IMG/VR virus record: IMGVR_UViG_3300005512_000001
Location: 224,001 to 288,000 of that record
Source of the DNA: a virus
Taxonomy: Duplodnaviria > Caudoviricetes
DNA length: 64,000 nucleotides
Reading direction: 5' to 3' (one strand)
The first letter of the stretch is position 1. Each line of letters begins with the position of its first letter. Below are positions 1 to 11,900 of this stretch, piece by piece. The position numbers and the translations under genes are program-made. The notes beneath the pieces are model-generated. The model was not told the origin of the DNA, made no database searches, and saw nothing but the letters and a program-made list of their open reading frames with translations.

Positions 1-1593
1 CAAAATAACTTTTATGCTTTTATTGACTGGGATAAAACATTCTCTATATATAAAATTACAAGAGACACCTCTAAATTATCAAACAAAAGAGTAATTTATA
101 AATGCCCGAATTGTGGCAAGATTTATCATATTGTCTATAAAGAAATAAAACGGAAAAAGTCGCGATATTGCAAGAGCTGCTTCGGCAGTAAAATTTCCGA
201 ATCGATGAAGCGGTTGGGCAATGACCCAGTACACAAAGCTAAGCTTTCATTACAATCAAAACAGCTATGGGAAGATGAGGAATATCGTCGCAGGCATAAA
301 TTATCATGTAATACAGAGCAAGCTCGGAAGAGACGTTCTGCTGCAAATGTGGCGATGTGGTCTGACCCTGATTTTAGGAATGCTTTAATAGAGATTTTTC
401 GCGGTGAGAAATTCCGCAAACAAGTTTCAGACAGAATGAAGGTTCAATGGAGCGATAAAGAATATAGGAAGAATATGGAAGAGATGTTGCATGATGAAGA
501 ATTCATCAATATGGCCTCTAAGAGGTCATCTAATTTATGGAGAGACGCAGCATATAGGAAGAAAATACTCAACTCGAAATCATCAGAGGAATACAAACAA
601 GAAATTGGTCATAAAATTTCAGATTCATTAAACCGTCCTGAAGTTAAGGAGAAAATGGCTGTTGCTAGGGCTAATTGCCCAAAAGTTTCTAATATTCAAG
701 GTATTCTTTATTCGATTTTAGATGATTTAGGTGTGCAATATTATAGAGAATATAATGATAGGCTTGACGACCCACAATGTAAAATCGGACCATGGACTTT
801 TGATTGTGTAGTCCCGAGAAGCAATAAACCAGACCTATTAATAGAATGCCAAGGCGATTATTGGCACTCTTTAAAAAAAAGTATTGTTAATGATAAATCT
901 AAGGCTTCGTATATTGCGAATAACTTTCAAGGCCAATACGAACTTAAATACTTATGGGAACATGAATTTGCTAATTTCCATAGAATCAATGAATTAATAA
1001 AATATTGGTTAGGGATTACAGAATTAGAAACTATTAATTTTAATTTTAGTGATTTAGAAATAAGACGATGTTCTGCCAAAGATTACAAATTATTACTTTC
1101 GAAATATCATTATTTACCGAACGCCGGGCGTGGTGGAATTGCGTATGGTGCTTATCTTGTCAATGAATTGATCGCAGTCTGTGTCTTCTCACCATTAAGC
1201 AGGCAGAATATTAGAATAAAATCATGTGCTGTTAATCAAGTCAGGGATTTGTCTCGGTTATGTATCCATCCGAGGTATCAGAAAAAGAATTTTGCATCAT
1301 GGTTTGTTTCACGATGCATAAAGCAGCTAGATACAAAGTTTAAATGTGTTATTTCTTATTGTGATACAACTTTTAATCATGATGGCGCAGTTTACAAAGC
1401 AGCAAATTTTAAACTAGATGGCGAAGTAAGACCAGATTATTGGTATGCTTCAAAAGATGGGTGGGTGATGCATAAGAAAACTCTATATAATCATGCTGTC
1501 AAGATGAGGATGAAGGAGGGAGAATATGCCGAGGCTAATGGATATAAGAAGATATGGGGAGGAAAGAAGTTGAAGTTCATCTATGAGAGGTGA
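1..1593 (+). CDS. Zn-ribbon/helical repeats + Vsr/DUF559-like endonuclease + Mom-like GNAT fusion, copy 1 (5'-truncated by the window edge)
   Basis: Frame is open from base 1 (KCPNCGK...YCKSC upstream of the listed Met at 205). Nuclease motif WTFDCVV..LLIECQGDYWH; Mom-like motifs KYHYL, DLSRLC, ASWFVSRC, ISYCD..HDGAVYKAANF. Confidence 0.7.
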   Translation, partial: QNNFYAFIDWDKTFSIYKITRDTSKLSNKRVIYKCPNCGKIYHIVYKEIKRKKSRYCKSCFGSKISESMKRLGNDPVHKAKLSLQSKQLWEDEEYRRRHKLSCNTEQARKRRSAANVAMWSDPDFRNALIEIFRGEKFRKQVSDRMKVQWSDKEYRKNMEEMLHDEEFINMASKRSSNLWRDAAYRKKILNSKSSEEYKQEIGHKISDSLNRPEVKEKMAVARANCPKVSNIQGILYSILDDLGVQYYREYNDRLDDPQCKIGPWTFDCVVPRSNKPDLLIECQGDYWHSLKKSIVNDKSKASYIANNFQGQYELKYLWEHEFANFHRINELIKYWLGITELETINFNFSDLEIRRCSAKDYKLLLSKYHYLPNAGRGGIAYGAYLVNELIAVCVFSPLSRQNIRIKSCAVNQVRDLSRLCIHPRYQKKNFASWFVSRCIKQLDTKFKCVISYCDTTFNHDGAVYKAANFKLDGEVRPDYWYASKDGWVMHKKTLYNHAVKMRMKEGEYAEANGYKKIWGGKKLKFIYER

Positions 1594-1653
1594 ATTTAAC
1601 GTTACATTTTTGCCCGTCAATATATTCATATAGAATTGTAATTATAAATATAA

Positions 1654-3891
1654 ATGACGCGCTTTATCGTCGCTTCATTAGTATATAAATTTACTATGAG
1701 TAAAATTCCTGAAGTTATTATATTTCCTACCCCTACGTCGCCAGACCGAAAATTATATTTCGACAATAATAAGGTCGAAGATTTAATGTTGCGATATCGG
1801 TGGACTGGTTGCACCGATGCGGCTCTGCGCGACAATATCATGAAGAATACTGAGGAATTGATACGCCAGATTATAAGGGCACACAATCTACATCGCATCT
1901 ATCCAGGCCAGGAAGAATCGGCATTCATGGACCTATATCAAACGGCTTGGGTTCAAATAGAGAGGACATTATATAAATATAAAGCGAGGGTTCATTGTGC
2001 TAATTGCTATAATCCAATTCGCCCTGCAGAATCATGTATACACAACCCAGAACCAACCGAATACAATATCATAACACCTGAGGATGTTCTAAAAAAGCGG
2101 TTGAAATGCCCATCATGCAAAAAGATTCCAAGTAGAGTAATATATCGTGGGTGCTCTAAGATATTCAATATGTGGTGTGTGCGGCCTGATACATTGCTTC
2201 TTACGACAAATGGTATTAATAATATTAAGAATGTTTCTACTAGAAACAAGTATGATGATAAACAAGAAATTTGGACAATAGGGGAAGGTGGTAAGCCTAG
2301 TAAAGTAGTAGCTGGTTTGACGAAGACATCAAGACGTGTTTTAGACATAAAAACTGAACTCGGATTTGAAATAGGGTGTACACCTGAGCATTCTATTTTA
2401 TGCGATGGTGCTTGGAAGCAAGCAAATAAGATATCTATTGGCGATTTGGTAACTATACAGTATAACCAACAATTTTTTGTTGATGATAATAATTTATCAG
2501 ATATAGAGCTAACAGAAAATCGGGCTGGATGTAGTGGGGTCAAATCAATAGATTGGCAATTGCCGAATGTAATGAACTCAGAACTGGCATATATCATAGG
2601 ATTATATATTGCTGAAGGTTCGTGCTCACATGGACAATTAGCAATATATAATATAAATAGTGATGTTATAGATGCTTTAGTCAATAATAACCTTGGATTA
2701 AAATTTATACACTATCCAGATAGGCAATGTATAGTGTGTAACAATAAAAGATTTGTGGAATTTATAAAATTATTACAAATAGGAGATAGTGCTTGTGAGA
2801 AAATAATTCCACATAGAATGCTCATAGCGTCTAAAGACAACATCATATCGATGTTGTCTGGGTTGTTTGATGGTAATGGGCATTCATCGAAGCATAATGG
2901 GTGTGTTGGGTACACAAGTACATCTATTATGTTAATTAGACAATTGCGAATGGTTCTACTTAATTTGGGAATTTTAACAAAAATACAGATTGATAACCGC
3001 AGCATATCGCGATTCATAAAAAATAACAGACAGTATGATTCTAATAGACGTAGAACATATCAATTGATATGTTCTACGTCTGCGTCAATGAAATTTTATA
3101 GTTCGATAGGGTTTAAGGTCAGCTATAAACAAGCGAAGTCGCACCAATTAACGCCTAGCAGAGAATTCATATATGGTTTGAATTCGAGTTTTAGAAGATT
3201 ATATAAGAAATATGGCTGTGGTAAATTGGGGTATAACAAAATAAGAACAGCGATACGCGAAGATAGGATTAAATGTGAAGCAAATAAAGCCAGCGAATTA
3301 ATGGAAAATTGGGACAATCATATTGATGATCCAGACATAAAATTGATTAAATCTAGGCTTAATCAATATAATAGTAATAGTGTAAAAACTATTTGGCTCC
3401 CAGTTATAAGCATTGATGAGTCAGAAAGCCCAGTATGTGAAATATCAGTTGATTCAGACGATCACTCTTATGTTGCTAATGGAATTATATCACATAATTC
3501 ACAGGTTGCACGGACAGTAATATTGGCATATATTAAAAAAGAAAGCCGCGACCATAAAAATTCTGATGCATATAAAGTCCATTTAGATAATAAAAGAGCA
3601 CCGAAAACAGATGAAGCATTTTTAAGATTCCTATCTGAGGCCAAAGAGATATGCAAATATAATAAGAACCATATGGATATTATTGATGCTTTGGAATTTA
3701 TCATGAAGACTGATGATAGGCCATATGAAGGCATTATAGGCAAGTTGGTAAAATTATCTGATCAATCTAGGGCACAAGTTACTAATTTTTTGAAAATGAT
3801 TAGATTAAGAGGCAGCGAATTTACAGATTCGCCCATGAATGACCAACACCAAAAATTGGGGTCTGTGGCGTCAGAGGATGAATCATGGTAA
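1654..3891 (+). CDS. gp55-like phage sigma factor with a Zn-ribbon insert and a LAGLIDADG intein
   Basis: Spliced extein reads DLYQTAWVQIERTLYKY...KIFNMW/SQVARTVILAYIKKESRD, resembling sigma region 2 of T4 gp55-like proteins; CxxC pairs. The true start may be the later Met (MSKIPE). Confidence 0.55.
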   Translation: MTRFIVASLVYKFTMSKIPEVIIFPTPTSPDRKLYFDNNKVEDLMLRYRWTGCTDAALRDNIMKNTEELIRQIIRAHNLHRIYPGQEESAFMDLYQTAWVQIERTLYKYKARVHCANCYNPIRPAESCIHNPEPTEYNIITPEDVLKKRLKCPSCKKIPSRVIYRGCSKIFNMWCVRPDTLLLTTNGINNIKNVSTRNKYDDKQEIWTIGEGGKPSKVVAGLTKTSRRVLDIKTELGFEIGCTPEHSILCDGAWKQANKISIGDLVTIQYNQQFFVDDNNLSDIELTENRAGCSGVKSIDWQLPNVMNSELAYIIGLYIAEGSCSHGQLAIYNINSDVIDALVNNNLGLKFIHYPDRQCIVCNNKRFVEFIKLLQIGDSACEKIIPHRMLIASKDNIISMLSGLFDGNGHSSKHNGCVGYTSTSIMLIRQLRMVLLNLGILTKIQIDNRSISRFIKNNRQYDSNRRRTYQLICSTSASMKFYSSIGFKVSYKQAKSHQLTPSREFIYGLNSSFRRLYKKYGCGKLGYNKIRTAIREDRIKCEANKASELMENWDNHIDDPDIKLIKSRLNQYNSNSVKTIWLPVISIDESESPVCEISVDSDDHSYVANGIISHNSQVARTVILAYIKKESRDHKNSDAYKVHLDNKRAPKTDEAFLRFLSEAKEICKYNKNHMDIIDALEFIMKTDDRPYEGIIGKLVKLSDQSRAQVTNFLKMIRLRGSEFTDSPMNDQHQKLGSVASEDESW
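2176..3498 (+). mobile_element. Intein (441 aa) with LAGLIDADG domain, in the sigma-like gene
   Basis: N-term CVRPDT, block B GCTPEHSIL, LAGLIDADG blocks IIGLYIAEG and LSGLFDGNG, C-term ANGIISHN/S. Confidence 0.92.
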
Positions 3892-4748
3892 CAACGCAGC
3901 AACTAGTCGAAGGGCTTCAAAAACTAATACATCAATATGATTGTGGCCCTAATAAGATTGCCTCTATTGAGCTTATTGGAGACGATCAAATTAGGGTCCT
4001 AGGTACTTATGGTAATGGCGATGTTTTAGATTGCAAAATCACCATGGGACCATCAATAGAAGAATCTGATGTCCCTACGGGCGAAATCACTGAGACCCAG
4101 CGGCAGGGTGTTGATGAGAGAGTTGCACGCAAGGTTAGGGTCAAAAAAGTCACGCCTCGCACCAAGAATATCGACGCGACCCCACATAGACCGGCGAATA
4201 ACGACCCCACAAAAACAAGTGTAGGCAAAGCCGCCGTTAGGCGGCAGGGGAAGAGGAACAAAGCCCATCCGGAACGGTTTGCGGAGAATAAAATCGTATC
4301 AACTGCATTTATCGAAGCTGCAATTAATGCTACACGTGGCCAAATAGTCAAAATGGCGGAAAGTATTAATCCTATTTCAGAATCTATTGCTATCAGGAAA
4401 GCTGTGGAGCAATATGGTGATGGTGATGGTAAGTTATCTAAAATAGATGAGATTATACATAATGTATGGGGTGATACTTTAATCGTGGAGTATGCTGGGA
4501 TCGCGGTAGATAAGCAGAGTGATTTGACGACTTTTGATAATGCTGCCTCGATATTAAATGAGATGAATAATTGGGGGGTGGAATTTTGTTGGATTGAACG
4601 AATTCGCAATAATAATGCGAATATTTATAAAGTCTATGGCGACACAACGCCCAGCAAAACATACAGTGAGCATAAGGGATTGTCTGATAGAGATTTAATT
4701 CTCTCTGGTGATCGTGCAAATATAATTCAAATAATTTATGGAGCTTAG
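3885..4748 (+). CDS. Hypothetical protein, probable head-associated
   Basis: 287-aa ORF overlapping its neighbours; many (I/L/V)xE motifs. Confidence 0.6.
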   Translation: MVTTQQLVEGLQKLIHQYDCGPNKIASIELIGDDQIRVLGTYGNGDVLDCKITMGPSIEESDVPTGEITETQRQGVDERVARKVRVKKVTPRTKNIDATPHRPANNDPTKTSVGKAAVRRQGKRNKAHPERFAENKIVSTAFIEAAINATRGQIVKMAESINPISESIAIRKAVEQYGDGDGKLSKIDEIIHNVWGDTLIVEYAGIAVDKQSDLTTFDNAASILNEMNNWGVEFCWIERIRNNNANIYKVYGDTTPSKTYSEHKGLSDRDLILSGDRANIIQIIYGA

Positions 4749-5940
4749 AATGTCTGATAAAGATATCCTTAAAATTGCAGAAGAAATGAATGAATTCGGC
4801 GAGCCAACGATGCCGACTAAAATCCCCGGTTATGAAATGGGCATGGGGCCTGAAGATATGGGGCCTGACACGGAGCCTGAATATGCTAGCCCAGATGGTA
4901 TTGGTATGGCACAGCAAGTTATTAGCCTTGATAAAGATTTACTTCTAGCATTGGTAAAGCTCGTGAAAGAAAAGGGGTATGAGTGCGCTGCTGACCCGGA
5001 ATGTGGTTCGATGCAAGAGGAAGATGAAGAAACTGAAACTGAGACTGAAGTTGAAGACGAAGAAGCTGAGACTGAAGGCGATGATGAAGCCGAAGATGAC
5101 GAAGACGAGACTGAAGAAGTGGATGAACAAATTAATAAAGATAAAAAGCCGGTAAATGAAGAGGCCGAAGAAGAGGCCGAAGAAGAGGCCGAAGAAGAGG
5201 CCGAAGAAGAGGCCGAAGAAGAGGCCGAAGTAAGCGACGAAGAAGTTGATGATATTGAAGATGCCGCCGAAGGCGAACTAGATCATACTGATTGCGAGCA
5301 ATTGGTTGATAAGATCGGTGAGTTGGCAATTGACGGCACCCTAACTATAGCGGACCTGCCAGAAATCAAGCAATGTTGCTTCCCGGAGCCTGAAGCGGAA
5401 GAAGCCGCTGAATTTGGTGGCGAAGAAGGCGAAGCTGAAGAAGGCGGAGACGAAGCTGTAGACGGAGACGAAGCTGTAGACGGAGACGAAGCTGTAGACG
5501 GAGATGCTGGGGAGGTTGAGGATTCTGAGGACGCCGAGGAAGGTCTCCCATTTGAATCTACTATAAAGCCAGTTGACGAGATTACTGAAGGTAAGCCGTG
5601 GGAAGATAAAGATGAGAAAGAAGAATCAGAGGAGGATGACGACAAAGAATCCGATGAGACTGATTGCGAAGCTGCTGATAAAGGCATGGGGCTAGCTGAA
5701 TCTGTCACTAAGTTTGCTGCTGGTAAAGGCATTGAAGTTGTAGTACGGTCAGCACAGAAAGATAATGGTATAGAATTCTTGAGTGATGATGAATCATTTA
5801 AAAAATTATGCGAAGCTATAAATTCAGAGTTTGATGCCATTAGTGAAGGTAAGAGCAAGGGCATAGTTGGTGCGATGAGCAAGTATGCTAGGTGCTACCC
5901 CGTAGGTGCTGCGGGACGTTTGTTCTACGTTTTTAAGTAA
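4738..5940 (+). CDS. Highly acidic protein, probable prohead core/internal protein
   Basis: Very E/D-rich 400 aa with ITE/LAE/ISE motifs; GCAAATATA upstream at 4716. Confidence 0.6.
   Translation: MELRMSDKDILKIAEEMNEFGEPTMPTKIPGYEMGMGPEDMGPDTEPEYASPDGIGMAQQVISLDKDLLLALVKLVKEKGYECAADPECGSMQEEDEETETETEVEDEEAETEGDDEAEDDEDETEEVDEQINKDKKPVNEEAEEEAEEEAEEEAEEEAEEEAEVSDEEVDDIEDAAEGELDHTDCEQLVDKIGELAIDGTLTIADLPEIKQCCFPEPEAEEAAEFGGEEGEAEEGGDEAVDGDEAVDGDEAVDGDAGEVEDSEDAEEGLPFESTIKPVDEITEGKPWEDKDEKEESEEDDDKESDETDCEAADKGMGLAESVTKFAAGKGIEVVVRSAQKDNGIEFLSDDESFKKLCEAINSEFDAISEGKSKGIVGAMSKYARCYPVGAAGRLFYVFK
5158..5229 (+). repeat. 12-bp coding tandem repeat x6 (EEAE)
   Basis: (GAAGAGGCCGAA)6. Confidence 0.95.
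5446..5499 (+). repeat. 18-bp coding tandem repeat x3 (GDEAVD)
   Basis: (GGAGACGAAGCTGTAGAC)3. Confidence 0.9.
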
Positions 5941-5944
5941 TCGT

Positions 5945-5975
5945 ACATGAGGCCCCGTTTATCGGGGCCTCATGT
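5945..5975. terminator. Hairpin between convergent genes
   Basis: ACATGAGGCCCCG-tttat-CGGGGCCTCATGT. Confidence 0.7.
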
Positions 5976-8361
5976 CTATACGTGGTTTCTTGACTATTGG
6001 CACCTTGGATGGTGTTGTTATCAACTGCTGTGCAAATGCCCCTAATTGTTCTTCAGGAGATGGATTGCCTTTATGCATTGTGTTGTATGTCAATGGGATG
6101 ATTGTGTTATAATCAGTTGTGCTCATTATCTTCTTTTGTTGCTCTTGTGGGCTTGGTCGAGTTTCTTGTGTTGATGTTTTCACACGCCCTAATTGTTTGC
6201 TTCCAGTTGGCACTAAACCCATTGGGTCTAGGTCAATAGCATCTGGAGCAGCAACGAATGCGAGAGCTGCTGCTATTGTTAAGTCATCATGGTTTCCACG
6301 ACCTTCTTGGGCACCAGTTTTCTTGGTCTCAATCCCTTGCCTATTCCTATGCCTGATATAAATCTGCAATTGTTTATACAAACGCGGGCTATAGATTGTG
6401 TATCCTTCGCCCTCATGGCCCCCAAGATAGCTTATTAATGCTTTATTGAGTGTTGGCTTGCTGGGGCCGGTTGTTGGGAATCCATACGGGCCATATGTAT
6501 ACCCAACTTGCGATGACCGGGCCTTGGCTCCGGGCCTTGGCGTTTTCCGTTTTTTGGCTCTCCAGATGCTAGGATATATTATGTTTTGAAGGTCTTGTAT
6601 GAATGGTATGCCGATGCCAGTACGCTCTGGATTGACTAATGCGGTATTATACCACCTACCAACCCAATCAACCATTTTGGCGAACTCTGCGACTTGAGGG
6701 CGTCCCATGAATTCTGCTACTTGTTCCATAGTAGTGATATCAAAAACTTCTATGGCACTATAATCATTGTTTTCACCCGTTGCGATATCAACCCCAATAA
6801 CATATGTGTGGCCCGGTTCACCACGGTCTACCATTCTACCGTTTTTGTATTTTGCTGGTGACCCAGCTACCGGTTCGGCCCATATCCATAGCCCTTCTCT
6901 TTCATCTTCACCTACGAAATCTAACTCCTCTTGGTCACCTGTGGCTTGGTTTGTCCATGTGACAGGTTCTGCTATGGTCATAACTTCTGGCGTGTCATCA
7001 GACCCTACTGATTTACCTATGGCATGTAACGCTGATGCACTCAATATTGTGCCGCCGCTACCAATAAACTCTCCAAGTACTTCTTGTCTAAAGAGATGTG
7101 ATTCACCCCTGGCTTGCAAGCCTTGGAATTCTTTCTCAAGCCATGGAGACCAGAATTTTCCAAATCTTTCTATTTCAGCCTTAGTTTTTGATTTTCTTAT
7201 ACCGTCTGTTGGCGCGATTCGAACTTTCTTATTGCTAATTGGGTCCTTTGCTTCGATTACCCAATCCATATTCCACCAATGAATAAGAATTGGATTAAAT
7301 AAGCCGCCCTCTTCAGCGTCTGTCCATTTGTCCCAATACCAGTTGCCAACACCGTTTGGCGTGGAGATCACTATCACAGATCCACCATGCTGCAACGTAG
7401 ACCAGCCTCCAGCCCACATAGCTTCCATGTCCGGCATAAACGCTGCCTCATCGATGATGTTTAGAAATGACGCATTTGACCGCAGTGTATCTGCACTTGA
7501 TGTTAATGACCGAATAATAGACCCATTGCCAAATCCTAATTCGTGCTCATTCTCTATGGTGGCTGGCCAGATTCCATGCATCCATGCTGGTAAATTGTTA
7601 TACACGAGTTTTACATTTTCTTTTAGGAATTCTTTTGCGTCTTGGTCACGTTTGGATACGATAAGTATCTTTTTGTTGCCAAAGAACATAGCAACCCAGA
7701 GAGCGTATATACCTGTAAGAGTTGATGCACCGCAGTTGTGTACAACTGCACCATCAACTATATAATTATGATGTGGTGGGGTAGTCAAATCATAAACTTT
7801 GGCAACATCGTTTAGCTGTGTTACCGACTTGACTTGGCTTGGTAATATTGGTTTAGAGCCATCTAAATCGTCTTTATAAGATTTTGGTTCTGCAATTTGT
7901 ATTACAATATCATTTGGTGTCAGTTCTTTTGCTGCTTTGTATCCGGATATTGTATAAAACTTATGGTCTGGTGTGCATATAGATTTGTGCCCAGCTTTGG
8001 TCTGGACTTCTATAAGGTTCGCTATGCCGTTATCATATGATGCCGATACTTTTGTTATTTCTAATTTACCAGTGCCCTCATTTAATGTATATATAATGTC
8101 GTTAGGTTTTATGCTTTCGATAGGAACCGGGCCATTTGGGGTCCAAACTGGAGTACCAGCGATAAAGCACTGCCTGCATTTTCTGAATATGTTGAATCGA
8201 TTTTCACGGAATGCACGCAGACTAGTAAGCTGGTATTTAAATAACTTAAATGGTATAATGCCAATTAATGGGTGCTTGATTTTACAGCATGATTGCATAA
8301 AAAAAGATGCTGATTTTTTGCACTTACCAATAAATTCTATTATTTGCGCTTTATTTGCCAT
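5959..8361 (-). CDS. terL: Terminase large subunit (T4 gp17-like) with mini-intein
   Basis: Walker A KCRQ/CGAS, Walker B IIDEAAF, STPNG, FRQE, nuclease GVDIATG..DYS, HDDL. Confidence 0.95.
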   Translation of the reverse strand: MANKAQIIEFIGKCKKSASFFMQSCCKIKHPLIGIIPFKLFKYQLTSLRAFRENRFNIFRKCRQCFIAGTPVWTPNGPVPIESIKPNDIIYTLNEGTGKLEITKVSASYDNGIANLIEVQTKAGHKSICTPDHKFYTISGYKAAKELTPNDIVIQIAEPKSYKDDLDGSKPILPSQVKSVTQLNDVAKVYDLTTPPHHNYIVDGAVVHNCGASTLTGIYALWVAMFFGNKKILIVSKRDQDAKEFLKENVKLVYNNLPAWMHGIWPATIENEHELGFGNGSIIRSLTSSADTLRSNASFLNIIDEAAFMPDMEAMWAGGWSTLQHGGSVIVISTPNGVGNWYWDKWTDAEEGGLFNPILIHWWNMDWVIEAKDPISNKKVRIAPTDGIRKSKTKAEIERFGKFWSPWLEKEFQGLQARGESHLFRQEVLGEFIGSGGTILSASALHAIGKSVGSDDTPEVMTIAEPVTWTNQATGDQEELDFVGEDEREGLWIWAEPVAGSPAKYKNGRMVDRGEPGHTYVIGVDIATGENNDYSAIEVFDITTMEQVAEFMGRPQVAEFAKMVDWVGRWYNTALVNPERTGIGIPFIQDLQNIIYPSIWRAKKRKTPRPGAKARSSQVGYTYGPYGFPTTGPSKPTLNKALISYLGGHEGEGYTIYSPRLYKQLQIYIRHRNRQGIETKKTGAQEGRGNHDDLTIAAALAFVAAPDAIDLDPMGLVPTGSKQLGRVKTSTQETRPSPQEQQKKIMSTTDYNTIIPLTYNTMHKGNPSPEEQLGAFAQQLITTPSKVPIVKKPRIDMRPR
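7735..8169 (-). mobile_element. Mini-intein (145 aa) in the terminase Walker A
   Basis: CFIAGTPVWT...CTPDHKF...VDGAVVHN/C; no endonuclease motifs. Confidence 0.92.
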
Positions 8362-8404
8362 AATATTATATTTACAGCAAACTTAAAATGGGAGTGTACT
8401 TATT

Positions 8405-8944
8405 ATGGTTGACAACCCAGACTTTGATTTAGATGACGTTATAAACCAAATAGAGAATGGTGGTGATGACATACCAGAAGCACCAGAAGCACCAGAAGTA
8501 GAGGAAGACCCGATTGCAAGCCATGAGCCGCAGCTGATACAAATAGATGTTGGTGATATCGACGATGCTGCACCATCAGGGCAACCCAGTGATGCTGTGG
8601 CTAAATTGACAGATGAAATAATATCACAATTCGGCGACAAGATTGGGCAAATTTGGAATAAATTACAGGTTGACCGAGAACAACTCGACCATTATATTGG
8701 TATTTTTACCGATAGAATTGTTGACCACGAAAGTACGAAGACTTGTTATGTTGAGGCTTTAACCACGCTGTTAACTACCAAAGCTAGCACATCGATAAAT
8801 GCCAGTAAGTTATTGGATTCCATAGCCAAAATGACTGGAGTTATCAAAAATATAAAAATAGAGAATACTGACGTTGGTGGCTTAAATGCGTTGCTAGACG
8901 AGAGTGTGCCCGATAACGAAGGATTTGACCCTAACGCCCCATAA
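8405..8944 (+). CDS. Hypothetical helical protein, candidate small terminase
   Basis: 179 aa between terL and the portal; acidic N-term plus helical core. Function inferred from position only. Confidence 0.4.
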   Translation: MVDNPDFDLDDVINQIENGGDDIPEAPEAPEVEEDPIASHEPQLIQIDVGDIDDAAPSGQPSDAVAKLTDEIISQFGDKIGQIWNKLQVDREQLDHYIGIFTDRIVDHESTKTCYVEALTTLLTTKASTSINASKLLDSIAKMTGVIKNIKIENTDVGGLNALLDESVPDNEGFDPNAP

Positions 8945-8952
8945 GGTATAGC

Positions 8953-11900
8953 ATGAGTTGGCATTTATTTGATAGAATTCGATCGTTAGTCCGAACTGCT
9001 GGGATATACCAACAAGAGCGGCTGTTCCAGGACCAGTCATCTATAGACCGTATAATGGCTGGTGGGGATTTGTTAGACTTCAGCCAGCAGCAAGCACTAT
9101 TAGACCAAACTAATTTACAAATAAACCGTTTAGAACGGTATAAAGATTATGACCAGATGGATGAAACTGGTGAGATGTCATTAGCATTAGACTTATATGC
9201 TGATGAATCGAGCCTTGTTGACCCAGAACGTAAGCATACGATCATAATTAAAGCACAAAGTAAGACCGTTAAAGAAGAATTAGAGAATTTATTCTTCAAC
9301 CAATTGCTTATTGACAACAATGTAAGGCCGATGGTGCGATATTTATGTAAGTACGGCGACGCGCCGTTTGAAATCGTACCAACAGTAGACCGTGATGGTG
9401 TCGCATCTATACGATTTGTAAATGTCTATAATTTTACACGCGTCGAAACTAAGCATGGCGATTTGGTTGGGTTCTTTTACCAAGATGAGGTCATGGAAGA
9501 ACCACAATTCCTGCATCCATGGCAAACCATGCATTTAAGATTAACTGATTATGGCAATCAATATCATCCATATGGGAGGTGTAAGGATTCTAATTCGCCG
9601 GTTTGGACGCCAAATGGCTGGAAACGGCTGAAGGACCTTAAACCTGGTGACGATGTATTCGCCTGGGATGGCAAAAAAGCTGTGCCTACTAAAGTCGTTA
9701 AATATGTTTCTAATGGTATCAAGAAGACTATTAAAGTTAAGACTAGACATTATTCAGAAGTAATTACACCTGAACATCCTGTTCTGGTGCATAAAGATGG
9801 TGTGCAGGACTATGTACTTGCAAAAAATCTTAAAGTTGGTGACGAGCTTGTTATACCTAAATTGGCATTTAATGATGTGGCGACCCCGATAAAAAGGCAG
9901 TATCGTAGATACAAGCTAAATGAGAAGTATCGTACTATCATTGAATCACATAGCATAGGATATAAGAAATGTGCCAACTTATCTGGAATTAGTAGAAATA
10001 TAACGAGGGGCTTTTTAAGAAGAAATACAGCAGTCTCCAAGGAAAATGCTGACAAGATTATTAAGTTATATGGTTTGGCGGATGATGCTAAAATTGGTGC
10101 TGGTTGGGGTACATCATTAGATTGTAGTTTACCAGAATTTGTTGACGACGAATTTGCAAGATTTTTTGGATTTATGATTGGCGACGGTTGGCTATCGTCG
10201 ACCTGTGTCCAGTTTGCATTGGGTGAGGATGACAAACTGAATGAATATTATATTAATATTCTGGCGAGATATTCTGGCGAATCTAAGATTAATTTTAGGT
10301 ATGACAGAAACAACAAACCCATAGCTGTTATGGCGAATAATACTGTTTTAGCAGATACGCTATTCGACATGGGATTGAATGCGAAAGCTGCTCATAAACA
10401 AATACCAGAATGGGTTTTTAATTCTAGTAAAGATATTGCTATTAATTTTGTACAAGGGTTGTTGGATTCTGATGGTTGCGCCTACTTAGATAGAGAAAAA
10501 TATTTAAGATTCCATCATGTTACTGCTAGTATGAACTTGATAACTAGTTTAAAAATTTTGCTGCATAAAATTGGTGTGAAGTGTGGGCATATTTGTACTG
10601 GGCATAATCACAAATTTAATTCTGATGAACTTGGTGCGTTAAGACATCAATTAACATATTATCAGTCTGAATTGCCTTTTGAAGGTAATGCGTTATTTGA
10701 GAGAGTAATTTCAATAGAGGAAGGCGATGAAATAGAAGTTGGTGATATTCAGGTTGAATCTGAATATCATAATTTTGTCGCAGATGGCATAGTTATACAT
10801 AATTCGATTATGGAGGGTGGTAGGAAAGCATTTAAACAGTTGCGCTTAATGGAAGATGCTGCGTTGATTTATAGGATTACTAGAGCACCAGAAAAAAGAA
10901 TATTCAAGATTCCAATTGGAAATATTGCAGCGAAAGATGTCCCTGAGTTTATGCAAAGCATCGCACGAACATTCAAGCAGCAACGATTTTATGACCCTAG
11001 AACCGGGAAGTTCAACGAAAGATTCTCCCCATTGATTCAAGAAGATGATTTCTTCCTTCCTGTTAGACCGGACGGGACCAGCCCAGATATTACTACTCTT
11101 AAGGGTGCTGAGAATCTTGACCAAATTGCTGATATTGAATATTTTAAAAAGAAGATGATTGCCCCGACTAAAATCCCATTTAAACGTGTGGGTGTCGGTG
11201 AAGGCTCTGGGGAAGAACAAGAGAAATCATTATCATCAAGCGATGCACAATTCGCCAAAGCAGTACAGTGGGTGCAGCGCGAAATTTCTATTGGGTTAAC
11301 CAAGGTTGCAATTTGTCATCTGGCCATGGCTGGATATTCGATTGATGATTTGAAGAATTTCGAAATCAGTATGAGTGCAACCAGCGCAATTGATGAATTA
11401 TATAGAATGGAAACATGGCAAGGACGCACTGCTGTTATGTCTGACCTTAAAGACCTCGGTTGGTTCCCGCGTGAATGGATTGTGACGCGGTTTACAGACC
11501 TAAGCCCGGACGAAATAGATGAGTTATCTGAGATTATGTCCAAACAGACTGAATTGCCGACGGAAGAAGAGGGTGGCGGCCTTGGCGGCCTCGGGGGCCT
11601 TGGCCTTCCCGGTGGTGGCGAAGAGTTGCCAGGTCTTGAAGGTGAGGGCGGACTAGAAGGGTTAGAAGGTGCAGAAGCCGAAGGTGGAGCTGAAGCTGCT
11701 GCAGCGGAGCCACCAGAGGCTGATTTGGCGGGGTTAGGCGAGGTGGGCGAGCGACTAGATAAACGCAATAAGAATATATTAATAGAAATAGCGAATCAGA
11801 ATAAATATGAATTATTGCGTGAATTTATATCTCGTGTCAATAAGCGAGTAAATTCTCCAAGCTTGTCAGCATATATTAACTTGTTAAATAATAATGAGTT

